Source: Schizochytrium sp. TIO01
Lineage: Eukaryota; Protista; Bigyra: Labyrinthulomycetes
Direction: 5' to 3'
Assembly: GCA_004764695.1 (NCBI GenBank)
Contig: SMSO01000007.1
Coordinates: forward strand, 930,001-994,000
DNA length: 64,000 bases
In this document: in pieces, positions 1 to 10,200 of the stretch
Layout: the number at the start of each line of letters is the position of its first letter
Position numbering within the stretch: the first letter of the stretch is position 1
Made by a program: the position numbers and the translations under genes
Notes under the pieces: model-generated
The model's database searches: none
Seen by the model: only the letters and a program-made list of their open reading frames with translations
Told to the model about the DNA's origin: nothing

Positions 1-87
1 ACTGCTTGTTTGCTTGCTTGCTAGGTTGGTGCATCTCTTCCGCAGAAAAGGGCTTCGATTCGGTGGCCTTGCTTCGAGTTGGTTTCG

Positions 88-174
88 ATCAATCAATCAA
101 TCAATCAGTCAATCAATATCAATCAATCAATCAATCAGTCAATCAATATCAATCAATCAATCAATCAATCAATC
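88..174. repeat. (TCAA)n microsatellite containing an exact 30-bp higher-order duplication
   Basis: aatcaatcaatcaatcagtcaatcaatatc occurs exactly at 91-120 and 121-150, followed by pure TCAA units. Confidence 0.95.
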
Positions 175-971
175 GAGAAAACTTTGAACTTTGAATAGAA
201 AGGGACACTGACATCTTCTTTGGCTTTGAATCAGAAGGTAGGTAGGTACCTATTAATTTTCATTGGGTTTTCTTTAGAAAGAAATGCACTGTGCAAAGAA
301 ACAGCGCCGGCTTTGGCAAAAGAAAGACTCGAAAGCGGAGGAGAAGAGAAGGTGTCGTTCTGTTTAGAAGGAAGAAATACATTCGGGCGCGCAGCAGGAG
401 GTAGGTAGGGACTACTACGTACTCTCCAAAATTACACGGTCGCGGGATCGTCCAGGTGTTGCCAACTTGAGGTTGAAGAGAGAGAATCGGCAGTTAAGAG
501 CACCCCCCTCCTCTGCCGTGCTCTTGTTGACCAAAGAAGAGAACCTTGCTTTATTTTTGTTTTCGAATTCCTTTTGGGACCCGATTTTCTCTTTGAAGTT
601 CTTCTTAGCAGTGTCTTCGCACTTTGATTCTTTTTATTTTTATTCTTTCTTTCTTCAAGTTTAAGTTGCGTTGAAAGAAAGAATGAAAAGTGAAAATTTC
701 ATTTAAACAAAAGATACTTGAGGAAGGCGTTCCGTCTGGATCGAAAAGGTAGTAGTATTATTTTTAGTAGTAAGAGTAGTAGTATTATTATTAGTAGCAG
801 CAGTACCTGGCGACAGGCGATCCTCAAAACCGCATCCTCCAACACAAAGAGGGTAGAGGAAAGCAGACCGTAGAAGGTACTTTAATAAAAACAAAACAAA
901 ACAAGTAAAGCCAAAGAGGAAAAGTAACAAAGAGCCTCGAGAAGGTCGGCAAACTCCAAACCTGTGTCAAG

Positions 972-3900
972 ATGTCCGAGGCATTGCTCTCGGAAGTCTG
1001 GGATGACAGCGAGGTGGCCGCGGCGGCGGGCCTCGACGAGGAGGCAACCCAGAAGCTCGCAATGATGACTGAAGACGATGTGGCACCTGACCAGGAGGAC
1101 GATGAAGTTATAATCGTGGAGCACAGACCTGCCTCTTCCTGTGAACAACAATCAAAACAGCAAGAACTTGTATTTCCACAAGGAGGAGCGGAACAAAATC
1201 AAAATAGCTTTGAGGATGCCCTCGACAGCTCACCTCAAGACCAGAGGCAGCATAGAACACAGAGAGTAAATCGAAATCACTCAACGGATGCTGCAATCGT
1301 GCCTGGGAAACTTACACGGCGCGATGAATTGTCTTGTGCACAAAATGTTGAGCCTAACTCGTACCTGCTTACGGGGGTGCAAGACAATAATGCAAATCAA
1401 GGTGAAAACCACTTGGTTAATGACAGCGAACCTAGCTTGAAGAGCAGCAGCAGCAACAGCAGTAGAAATGGTTCCGGCAAGATATCAAAAAGAGCTCAAT
1501 TGACGGAAGCAGCCCAAGATAGCGGAAACGCTGTGAGTGGAACTGCAAGAAACGCTGCAAATGGGTTTGACAAAGTCATGCTTAGTCTGCTCAGTATTTC
1601 GGACACGGATGTGGTGCTGACGGAATTCTTCGAAGAGTTTGAGGGCCTTGAACCACTCCAAGCCTGTGGTGAAGAACACGTGAATTGGGAAGATTCGTGC
1701 TGTGATACAGGCAGTGAACACTCGAATCACAACAACAATAGCAGCAATGGCCAGCACCACTGTATTCATCAGCTTAATCAACATAATGAAGCTAGCTTAC
1801 ATAAGCAACTTGCTACGACAGGCAGTAGCAACGGTCGCAACAGCAGCAGTTGTAGTAACAGTCCACGGCAGAGCCTTCACAGCCACAAACACAGACAAAC
1901 TTCAAGAAATCGAGGACATATAAGCCAGACAGTGCAAGATTGCTCATCCAATCAACTCTTGGATAGCGGGACCTTTGACGTGGAGCCTTCTAGCAAGATG
2001 CCATCGTCGGATCCGGCACGAATGCCACCTTCTCCTCCCAAAGCTCCAGCATTGGACGATGATATTTTCGGCATGTATGGCGAAGAAGATTATGATCACA
2101 AGAACCAAGAGCATGATCAAGCGCCCGTCTACATCAAGTCCGAGCCCTTGGATATCCAAGAAACCTCGCGGATCACTACCTTACCACCAAACCCGCCATC
2201 TGTGTTGAAATACGAATCAGAAGCTTTTCAGACGGATTTTGGCGATTTTGATGACTCAGATTCAAGTATTTTTGGGTCTTCTACAGACGAGCCCACAGCC
2301 TCGCATTCTTCGCGCTCCCTTTCGCCGCCCTTTGCACCTGGGGACTTTTCTATCAACCACTCGGACGCCCACGAGAATGCCATGGGAATGGAAAATGGCA
2401 CTCTCTATGGTTCCTTTGATGAACATCTCTTTGTTGACCGCTATCAACGAAATAACAAATGCTCAGGACTCAAAAATCTGCGTTGTTTCCCTAACTGTGG
2501 TCCAACTCACCAGCCACGAAAGTTTTGTGGACAAGGCATCACCTTCCATGCTGTGTACAAACCCGAATTCCAGAACGACGAGTACGCCAGCAAACCTAAC
2601 TTCATTGCTTACGGACGCTTCGATACTGCTTCAGGCCGCTTCAAAGATGTAGAAATTGGCACTGAGATCCCACTCGACACTATTCGCACCAGTGAACGCA
2701 AACGAGGACGCCCTCTTGCCCCATGGTACCCCAGCTACCAAGACTCAGCAAAGTCTGGTGACGCGTCTTATCTTATCGACTTCAAGTTCAACAGCAAGGA
2801 ACATCAGGGCTGGCACTATGACTGGGTCGCTACCAAATATACATGCGATACTCTCCATGTCTTCAATGTGTATATTTTTACTATTGACGAGGACAAAAAC
2901 ACCCTCCAGTGTGTTGGCAAGTTCTCAAGTCCTGCCTTTCAGCTATACTGCCGCCGCCGCCAGCGGTTCCGTCGGATGGCTCCAGTCACAAAGTCCTCAC
3001 CTGCCACATTATTGTACCATATCGCTGTGCTTTTACAAAAGGCACAGGACCCGGCAGTTGAGGATTCTGATGTTGAGTCACCAAGTTCACCTCAGAGCAT
3101 CGACGAGGCATCCATAAGCTCGAAGACTCAGCAGCTTAGCCCCCAAGAAAAGTACCGTCGTCTCCAACGCATTCTGCGTCGCCTTGCCCACCATGTTGTA
3201 TCAGAAAGCGCCTTCACAGACCACATCACAAATGTATGCCAAGATATTGCGTATCGCCGTGACCGCGGTGAAAGCATTGATCTTGGCTTCAATCGTTTCC
3301 TTGAAGCGATTCGGCAATATTTGCATGATTACCTTCAGGAAAATGGCTCAACATTGACGGAGATTGAAGAGCTCTACACTGCAGCCGCCGATATCATCAA
3401 GAGCAGCCAGAATAATGTGCAAACATCAGACGTTGGAGTCTTTGGGCTTGTTCACCCTTCAGCATCCATTTCCAGTGCTGCTCCTCCTGCTCCTGAGGTA
3501 GCGGCCTCGATGTCTACACAACCTTCTGTAGTTAGAGATGATGATGCCGGAGAAAGATCGTTCGATCAACGAAAATATGGTACGGCTCCTCTAAAGGACG
3601 CAAAGAATCCAGAACGTCGTGTGCGCCAAGTATTTCTCAACCTCATCGACGCCTTCAGTACTCAGGCAAATCGCATCAAACGTCCGCGTCGTGTAGAGCC
3701 TCACGTTCTCGAAGGCCTTGAAGGCCTCTCAAAACGCCTTCGTATTGAATTGTACTCTCCCTCGGACTCTGCCACTGTACTCGGGTCCCCGCGCGAGACC
3801 TCGATTGAATGCGCTGTACGTCTCCCCAAAGCAGACCTTGACAAGTACTATCAATATGATCCTTCCCAGCCTTGGATCGGCTTTGATCCAAACGGAAAGC

Positions 3901-4445
3901 CCGATGTTTCGGGTATCTGGGCCCCAGAGGCCTACAGTGCTCTTCGTCTTCAGCAATTGCGCGTGGGCACTATGAAGATGCCCTGGATGCGTAGTAAAAT
4001 GCTCAGTTCGATGGAACGCGAGCTAAGTCTTCAGCACACCCCAACGACACTGTCGATTCAATTGCGGCGGAAGCTTCTTTCCGATGGATTTATCGACTAT
4101 GTCTTTGATGGAAAAGAGCATCCTTTCGACTTAAAAGATCCACTCATGTGTGTCGCAACACCTATGGCACTTACCAAGCAGGCTTTTACGGTGGGTAATG
4201 CAGTGGTAATTCGCCATCGCTATTCGGAAGTGTCACGCTACACACGTCTTTGGTGGAGATCGCCCACCAACAACGCACTTTTGGGACGTGGAATCCTTGA
4301 ATTCCGCGCCTCTATGGAGTCGCCATGGTCGATTCACTCCATGTTGGTTGCAGATGCACATGCCGTGACTTCCCCCGACCCTCAATTCATCAACTCTCAT
4401 GAACTTGTCGATCTTCCTCCCTCACCTGCTCTGTTGCAGCTGTGA
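972..4445 (+). CDS. 1157-aa uncharacterised protein; putative Cys/His (zinc) DNA-binding regulator with a C-terminal FABP/calycin-like domain
   Basis: Uninterrupted 3.5-kb ORF. Acidic/Ser/Asn-rich low-complexity N-terminal half; globular region YQRNNKCSGLKNLRCFPNCGPTHQPRKFC...SPAFQLYCRRR (2442-2970); RKRGRP (2697-2714); IKSE SUMO consensus (2133-2144); basic KRPRR; C-terminal PDVSGIW...MPWMRSKML pattern (3900-4365). The CDS is well supported; the function is inference. Confidence 0.9.
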   Translation: MSEALLSEVWDDSEVAAAAGLDEEATQKLAMMTEDDVAPDQEDDEVIIVEHRPASSCEQQSKQQELVFPQGGAEQNQNSFEDALDSSPQDQRQHRTQRVNRNHSTDAAIVPGKLTRRDELSCAQNVEPNSYLLTGVQDNNANQGENHLVNDSEPSLKSSSSNSSRNGSGKISKRAQLTEAAQDSGNAVSGTARNAANGFDKVMLSLLSISDTDVVLTEFFEEFEGLEPLQACGEEHVNWEDSCCDTGSEHSNHNNNSSNGQHHCIHQLNQHNEASLHKQLATTGSSNGRNSSSCSNSPRQSLHSHKHRQTSRNRGHISQTVQDCSSNQLLDSGTFDVEPSSKMPSSDPARMPPSPPKAPALDDDIFGMYGEEDYDHKNQEHDQAPVYIKSEPLDIQETSRITTLPPNPPSVLKYESEAFQTDFGDFDDSDSSIFGSSTDEPTASHSSRSLSPPFAPGDFSINHSDAHENAMGMENGTLYGSFDEHLFVDRYQRNNKCSGLKNLRCFPNCGPTHQPRKFCGQGITFHAVYKPEFQNDEYASKPNFIAYGRFDTASGRFKDVEIGTEIPLDTIRTSERKRGRPLAPWYPSYQDSAKSGDASYLIDFKFNSKEHQGWHYDWVATKYTCDTLHVFNVYIFTIDEDKNTLQCVGKFSSPAFQLYCRRRQRFRRMAPVTKSSPATLLYHIAVLLQKAQDPAVEDSDVESPSSPQSIDEASISSKTQQLSPQEKYRRLQRILRRLAHHVVSESAFTDHITNVCQDIAYRRDRGESIDLGFNRFLEAIRQYLHDYLQENGSTLTEIEELYTAAADIIKSSQNNVQTSDVGVFGLVHPSASISSAAPPAPEVAASMSTQPSVVRDDDAGERSFDQRKYGTAPLKDAKNPERRVRQVFLNLIDAFSTQANRIKRPRRVEPHVLEGLEGLSKRLRIELYSPSDSATVLGSPRETSIECAVRLPKADLDKYYQYDPSQPWIGFDPNGKPDVSGIWAPEAYSALRLQQLRVGTMKMPWMRSKMLSSMERELSLQHTPTTLSIQLRRKLLSDGFIDYVFDGKEHPFDLKDPLMCVATPMALTKQAFTVGNAVVIRHRYSEVSRYTRLWWRSPTNNALLGRGILEFRASMESPWSIHSMLVADAHAVTSPDPQFINSHELVDLPPSPALLQL

Positions 4446-4726
4446 ATTACTAAGCTGGGCCCTCTCGCTAATTCCAGGGCATGCGTAACAACAAAATCTC
4501 ATGTTTCTGAGAGCTGAATAGCTCTTACGTCACAGAACCAGTACCGTTCCTCGAAACTTCTACTTCTTACTATTCTATATTTTTTCTATCTATTTTTTTT
4601 TATGTTTCCCAGCAGCAAAACTTGGCCTGCCGTGAAACCCATTATCCTGACCAGAACCTCTTTTTTTTAATTAAATATAACATGGTTTTCTAAATGATTT
4701 ACAGCTTTGTTGCCTACACTTCCCGC

Positions 4727-5815
4727 CTAATCTGTAAGGTCAATCACCAAAGATTGATGAGACTCTGACTTGCTCAAATCGGTCATACTAATTTCTTGAG
4801 CATTACGACTACGTTTTGGGGAATGTACACCAATTGGTACGACTTCATAAGATGATGTTCTTTTCTTCTTTAACCTTGGCTTTCTGGCAACAGGTTGTTC
4901 TATTGTTGATTTTAACTTAACATCCTTTGCGGTTGAAACTGAAGAAATTGCATCGCCTGCCACAGCAGAAGTAGAGTGCACAAATGAATCAGTTGATGCT
5001 ATCTCGTCTATGACCTTTAAGTCTTTACTAATGCCTTTTGTAGTTTGGCGGGTCTCTTGTTGAGACTTGCGCGAAGACGATTTGTCTGATAAGGAGTTTG
5101 TTGCGGAAATGGTGTCAGCCCTACTCTGTACGCGGCTGTTCTTGCTCTTAGCATTGATGTCTTTTGTGATTGTGTCACTACTGCTGGTAATACTACTAGA
5201 GCTGCCGCCTTTGCTGGTGGTGCTAGTGCTGATGGTTTTGTTGCTTGGGCCAGCCAGCTGAGCAAACCTTTTTTCTGCTGCCTGAGCCGCAAGCAGCCTA
5301 GGATTCACGTTGCGCACTCCTGTGACATTCGCTTTAGCCTTGGAGCCCGCGACACGACCGCGACCTGCAAAAGCCTTTGCTTTGGGCTTCTCCGGTGCTG
5401 ATTCTCCGTCATGCGAGAACTCTTGTTGATGCTGATACTCATCTTTGTACTTGCTGTCGTATTGCCCACACAAACCATCATTGGGTCCCAATCGCAAGGA
5501 GTTCGAGCGCACGAGGTAGAGGAATTGGAGACCGAAATACAAAGAAGGAGAAAATAAGAACAATATCACAGCCAAGAAAGTTAGTATTGTATCCACCCAT
5601 CACCTTCGCAGCGGCATCTTATTATCTCGCTTGGGTTAGACTCCTCGCTCGCAATACACAGCGAGACAAGTGACACCAGTAAAGTATATAAAGACGATGG
5701 AAACGTACCATTTCCACCCAAACTCGCACTGCGGCTTTCCCTTCCTTTTGCTGTTGCCCTTCCTCTGGGTCTTTTGCCGCGAGCCTTGTGCTCTCGTCGT
5801 AGAGCCACGCAGCAT
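4727..5815 (-). CDS. Two-exon gene, complement(join(4727..5453,5709..5815)), 277 aa: PBZ-type (zf-CCHH) zinc finger plus a basic/Ser-rich disordered tail
   Basis: ATG at 5815 gives MLRGSTTRAQGSRQKTQRKGNSKRKGKPQCEFGWK + TG, then donor GTACGT. The acceptor ACAG|C resumes in the frame of ORF 4727..5596. The junction makes TGC and the sequence CEFGWKCKYKDEYQHQQEFSH (C-x5-C-x7-H-x5-H). The C-terminus ends in the SIM-like VIDLTD. Confidence 0.85.
5454..5708 (-). other. Spliceosomal GT-AG intron (255 nt) of the PBZ gene
   Basis: Minus-strand donor GTACGT at 5708-5703, a TACTAAC branch-like motif near 5586-5580, a long pyrimidine-rich AG-free tract, and acceptor CAG ending at 5454. Removing it restores the frame and the zinc finger. 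Confidence 0.8.
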
Positions 5816-6030
5816 GCTCTCCAGAAGTAGACAGGCGACAGCTGCAAGAGCGAGTGTGGAGTTTGCGAACTGCTCGACCCTTCGAAGTAATAATAATAAT
5901 TATTACTACTAGGACTAGTAGTGAACAAGCGCTCTCAGAGAACTTCAACCACTCTCTTCTTTAGAAATTTTCTGTCATCTTTCGGTATCAAATCCTGATG
6001 AAGCCGCCCGTGCTACTGATGCATGAATCA

Positions 6031-6040
6031 AGCCAATCAG
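6031..6040 (+). promoter_or_regulatory. CCAAT (NF-Y-type) box in the divergent promoter between the PBZ gene and the EF-hand membrane protein gene
   Basis: AGCCAATCAG matches the extended NF-Y consensus, about 220 bp from the PBZ gene ATG. Confidence 0.4.
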
Positions 6041-7218
6041 GGACCTACGCACAAGTCACCTTTTATTTGACTTGAAGCCGAAGGGATACTAACTGAGTTA
6101 CTGTTTGGTTGATAGGCTGTGTTCATAAGTTTCAAGTCCCTGTGATCTTGCCCATGGCCTTGTTTTGGCAGACGGTGGGCAACGAAATACGCATTCCCTT
6201 TCATTTAGGATGACGTGCTTCCGAATTTTGTTCATGAGCCAAGGATAGTGTAATACCATCAAGGTTTTCCTGAAGGCACCATTTCTATGCTAGGAGTGTG
6301 CACTCTATCTTTGTATCCTCCAGTGCTTCCGTGTCTAGAAAAGAATCCAGAAACGAGGTCACATACCGCCATGTACGCAAATCTTTCCATTTCTTAGCTC
6401 AGAGGAACTTTGGTTCTATTTATCGTACATGTTTTTGCGCAGCTCAAAAGAACGTTAAATTTAATTTCTTGTACAGTGCTTCTTTTTCTCTTTAAGTAGA
6501 AAAAATTATCTTCTCAGGTTAGTTTCTCAGCCCTTTTACCAAGAGTCACCGGTGGGGCTGGCAAAGGATAACTTCTGCTTCTATGGACAGTTTGAGTGCA
6601 TTTAAGTACAAGCTACTCGCAGAAGTAATGGTCGAACTTGTTACTTTACTTCTCAACTAAAAGATAATGGTAAAATTTCTAAACACAAATCGATCCTTCC
6701 CTCACGGAAAGACTCCCAGCAGCAAATACAACCAACGTAACATTTCAAAAGTCTTAAAGTCTCTATCTTCAGTCACTATTCCATTGTGAATCTTATTCTT
6801 GATTTCACCAACAATTTAGGCGGGAATCGTTCACTACAACTACAAATTGATAGAAAACCTCTCAGAGCTTACAAAGTTCTAAAAGATAGTGTTTTCTTCG
6901 ATATTGCATTCACTACGTACATCACACTGGAGTTTATGGAGTACGAAAGGTCGTGCTAAGCAGATAGATACGTACCTACCTCGTCGATGAGATTTCACAC
7001 CATGGATAGCCGTTACGGTATATAAGAGTCTTAGAGGTTATAACTAATGGATCTTAGAGGACACATAGTAGGGACTTTACTTATGCTCTATTCAAAGCCT
7101 GAACAGGAAAAGCCCAAAAATCAAAAACTTTTTTGCAGAAATCCAACTTTCTGGGCCGACAGCTGCGTCTGTAGCACGCTGACAAAGTCGTCGATCATCA
7201 ACATCTATTGGTGGCCAG

Positions 7219-10200
7219 ATGGCCACCAAAAACCATGACGAGGATATGAAGAATCATCCGTTAGACATCAGCAAAACAGCAACGCGAGGGGTGTCGTTGT
7301 CACATCGGCAACGATTTTCAGCCTGGATTGGTAAGCAAGGGCGTAGAAAGATTGTTCGCGTCATAGCTATCTTTGTAAATCCCATTCTTGCATACCTGAT
7401 CTATTTCGCTGTTGCTGAAGCACTCTATTTGTCAACACTTAACACCTTTGATCCACGATCAGCAATCAATATTCAGGTGACGGCATGTAGTGTTTTTGCT
7501 AAACCATGTCCTCTATCCGGAACAGACGAATTTGGAGATAGCGTGTGCGGGTATGATGCAGAAATTGGTCAAAAGGCGGGTACCATACGAGTTCAACGAA
7601 ACATGATTAAGTCCTCTAGTTCCCGAACATTTCGTACGAGCACTTCTTATCTTGAGTACCTTACAGTTAGTAGTACTCTTGATTGTCTCGCATTTCAATC
7701 ACGTTACTGTGCCCCGGTATGTAGGGTGGATGTATATATACCTGCGGAAAATAGTCTCCACCTTAAGATTACACAGGAGAAAAGCGAGGCTTCAAAAATT
7801 GCTACACTACGTCTTGAACCTGGCGTTTCCTTGGACCAGCTCACAGTTTCTGGTACAAGCCTTCGTGTTAGTGTCGAAGGATCCTCAGTATCCACAAAAG
7901 CAAAAATCACAAGTGGCTCTGAGGAAATCTTGATTTTAGACTCTCGACTTACAGACGGATGGCTCTCTGCAGATGATAGTAATATTCGTGTTATTTACCG
8001 AAAAAATCAGACATATGCAGCGCCTCCAGACCTCATCAAAGTTGACTACCGATCCACGACTTATGATGATCGAGTTGCATTATCAGCAAAGAAAGTCTAC
8101 TTTCAGAACGAGAATACTACCATGGATGAGTGCACTTCTGGTAAGTACTTGCAGCGTATTCAAAAAGCCTATGATCTCGACAACAATGGCAAGGTAACAT
8201 CTGATGAATTTACAAGTGGGCTTGCAACGATTGGCAAATGTTGCGGGTCGGCATGCCCAGTCGCAAATTACTGTGACAGCAAGCTTACTCCTGTGTACAT
8301 CCCATATGGAGCTAGCTATATTACATCTTCACAACTGTATGAAACAATTCGTGATGAACTTGACTACTCTGTTATTCCCTGGTGCACTCGGCGGGCATGG
8401 CTTGATACAAATTCATCCCATGATTTATCAGACGAGGAATTAATTGCAGTATTGGAGGAGAACGTGGACTATATCAATGCACGAACAAATGCAGGGATAA
8501 TTCAAATAGGGTTTTGGGATGCCGATGGTTTCCAACCCTTCGTCAGTGAGGCCCAAGAGGATGCAGATGCAGTTGCCGAGGAAAATGATGGCGAATATGA
8601 TAGCATTGATTTGAGAATGCTTTCATCTATGGCAAACTCTATCTTTTCTTCGGTGCGAGATATATACGGTGACGGACCCGTGGCAGAGAGCAGCGATATT
8701 CCTACTGAAGTTTTTGCTGTATTTTTTGCCGATATTTCCCCATTTCTTAACGAATTTTCATCTACAACAGAGTTTCGATTTGTCTATACGAACCAGCCTG
8801 TTTATCTCTCAATCGCGCCGTCACTTCTATCAGCATTGTCACTCGGTCTCCTTCAGCCGGAGATTAAGCACTTCCGAATTAGCTTTGCACCTTCATCACC
8901 CTATCAGCTTGGTAATGCTTCTGCTACGCGCGAAGCGATGGGAAATGAACTATTTCGTATTTTGAAGCCAAGGTTTCGCACATCTTTATGGGGAGCGATG
9001 GTAAGTCTTGATGATGATGAGGGCGGCTTTCAGCGACCATCGTATTCTCAGTACACACTTGACCCAGCTTCGGAAGAGGTGATTCAAATTGACTTTTCTC
9101 CAGACCAACTTGGGACGCTTTCACTCTTGTTCAGTCTTTTGATTGGAGTAATTACAGCTGTCATGGTACTTTCCAAGTTTTCCACAATCATGAAGCTCCA
9201 TCTTCAAAACAAATTCCGCAATGACGATGCTCGAGCAAAAGTACTCAAAGCTCGGAAGAGGACTACTGTCAGGGAAGCATTCCATGTAGACTTTTGCAAG
9301 GATGATGATCGCTATGCAATGAATAATGTTCTCGAGCGTCCAGTTGAGCTTTTTGATGTCATCCTTGTTGATCCGGTGCGACGTTATCTATCCGATTCGC
9401 TCAGGAGTTTTATCAACCAAACCTATGAAATTGATGAAAAGCATTTAGTATGGAATAAAAAGCATGGCCCTAGGCGATTAAAACATTCCCATAAGTCACG
9501 TATGGTCACACCACAAGAGACATCTCGTCTCACTGTAAGCCTTCCTGGAAGAGGATCCCAAGTAGTCCCTGTCGACAAAGCAAAAATCTCGTCCAAGCGG
9601 GTGTCTCATGCCGCACATTCATCAGGGAGGTACGAAAATTCAATGACATTGAGTCGTTTCTTGAAGGCTTACGAGAAATTTTGCTTTCAAGAAAACTTGA
9701 ACATGGAAGAAAATATTCAAACTGTAAAGCAACGGCTTTTGACAGAGTTTGGCATACGCATCCGAAGCTTTATGGCGCTACGCGTTGCAGGTTGCCGGTG
9801 GAAAGAGATTCCAGCTCATCATCAAGACGGACTATATACTAAAGAAATTCGACGGTCGGCACCAAATTATAATTATAGCCAGTATGTGCACGCGCATTGG
9901 GACAAGCTCTCCAAAATCTCGTCTACAGAAGACATGTTGGAGCAATTTGTACTTTTATTCTGTGATGTGACAGGGAATGTAGCAGACTTTGTATCTTTTG
10001 AGAATTTGCTGGACCAAAAAACGGGTGTAGAGCGTAAAGGATTTCAAGATGCGTTTCAGAGTTTTGCTCGTTCTATACAAAGGAGATCTGGTTATGGTGA
10101 TGTGTACGAAGTGGCACTGGATGCAGACATGCTTGATAAAGTGAACCTTAAGCTTAAAACTGTTCGCATAGAAACTATGCGAGCTTTAAAAACTCCACTT

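Noticed and set aside
5454-5596. Apparent signal peptide/TM start (MDTILTFLAVILFLF) of ORF 4727..5596
   Set aside because: GTG start close behind a stop; better explained as the intron branch point and pyrimidine tract
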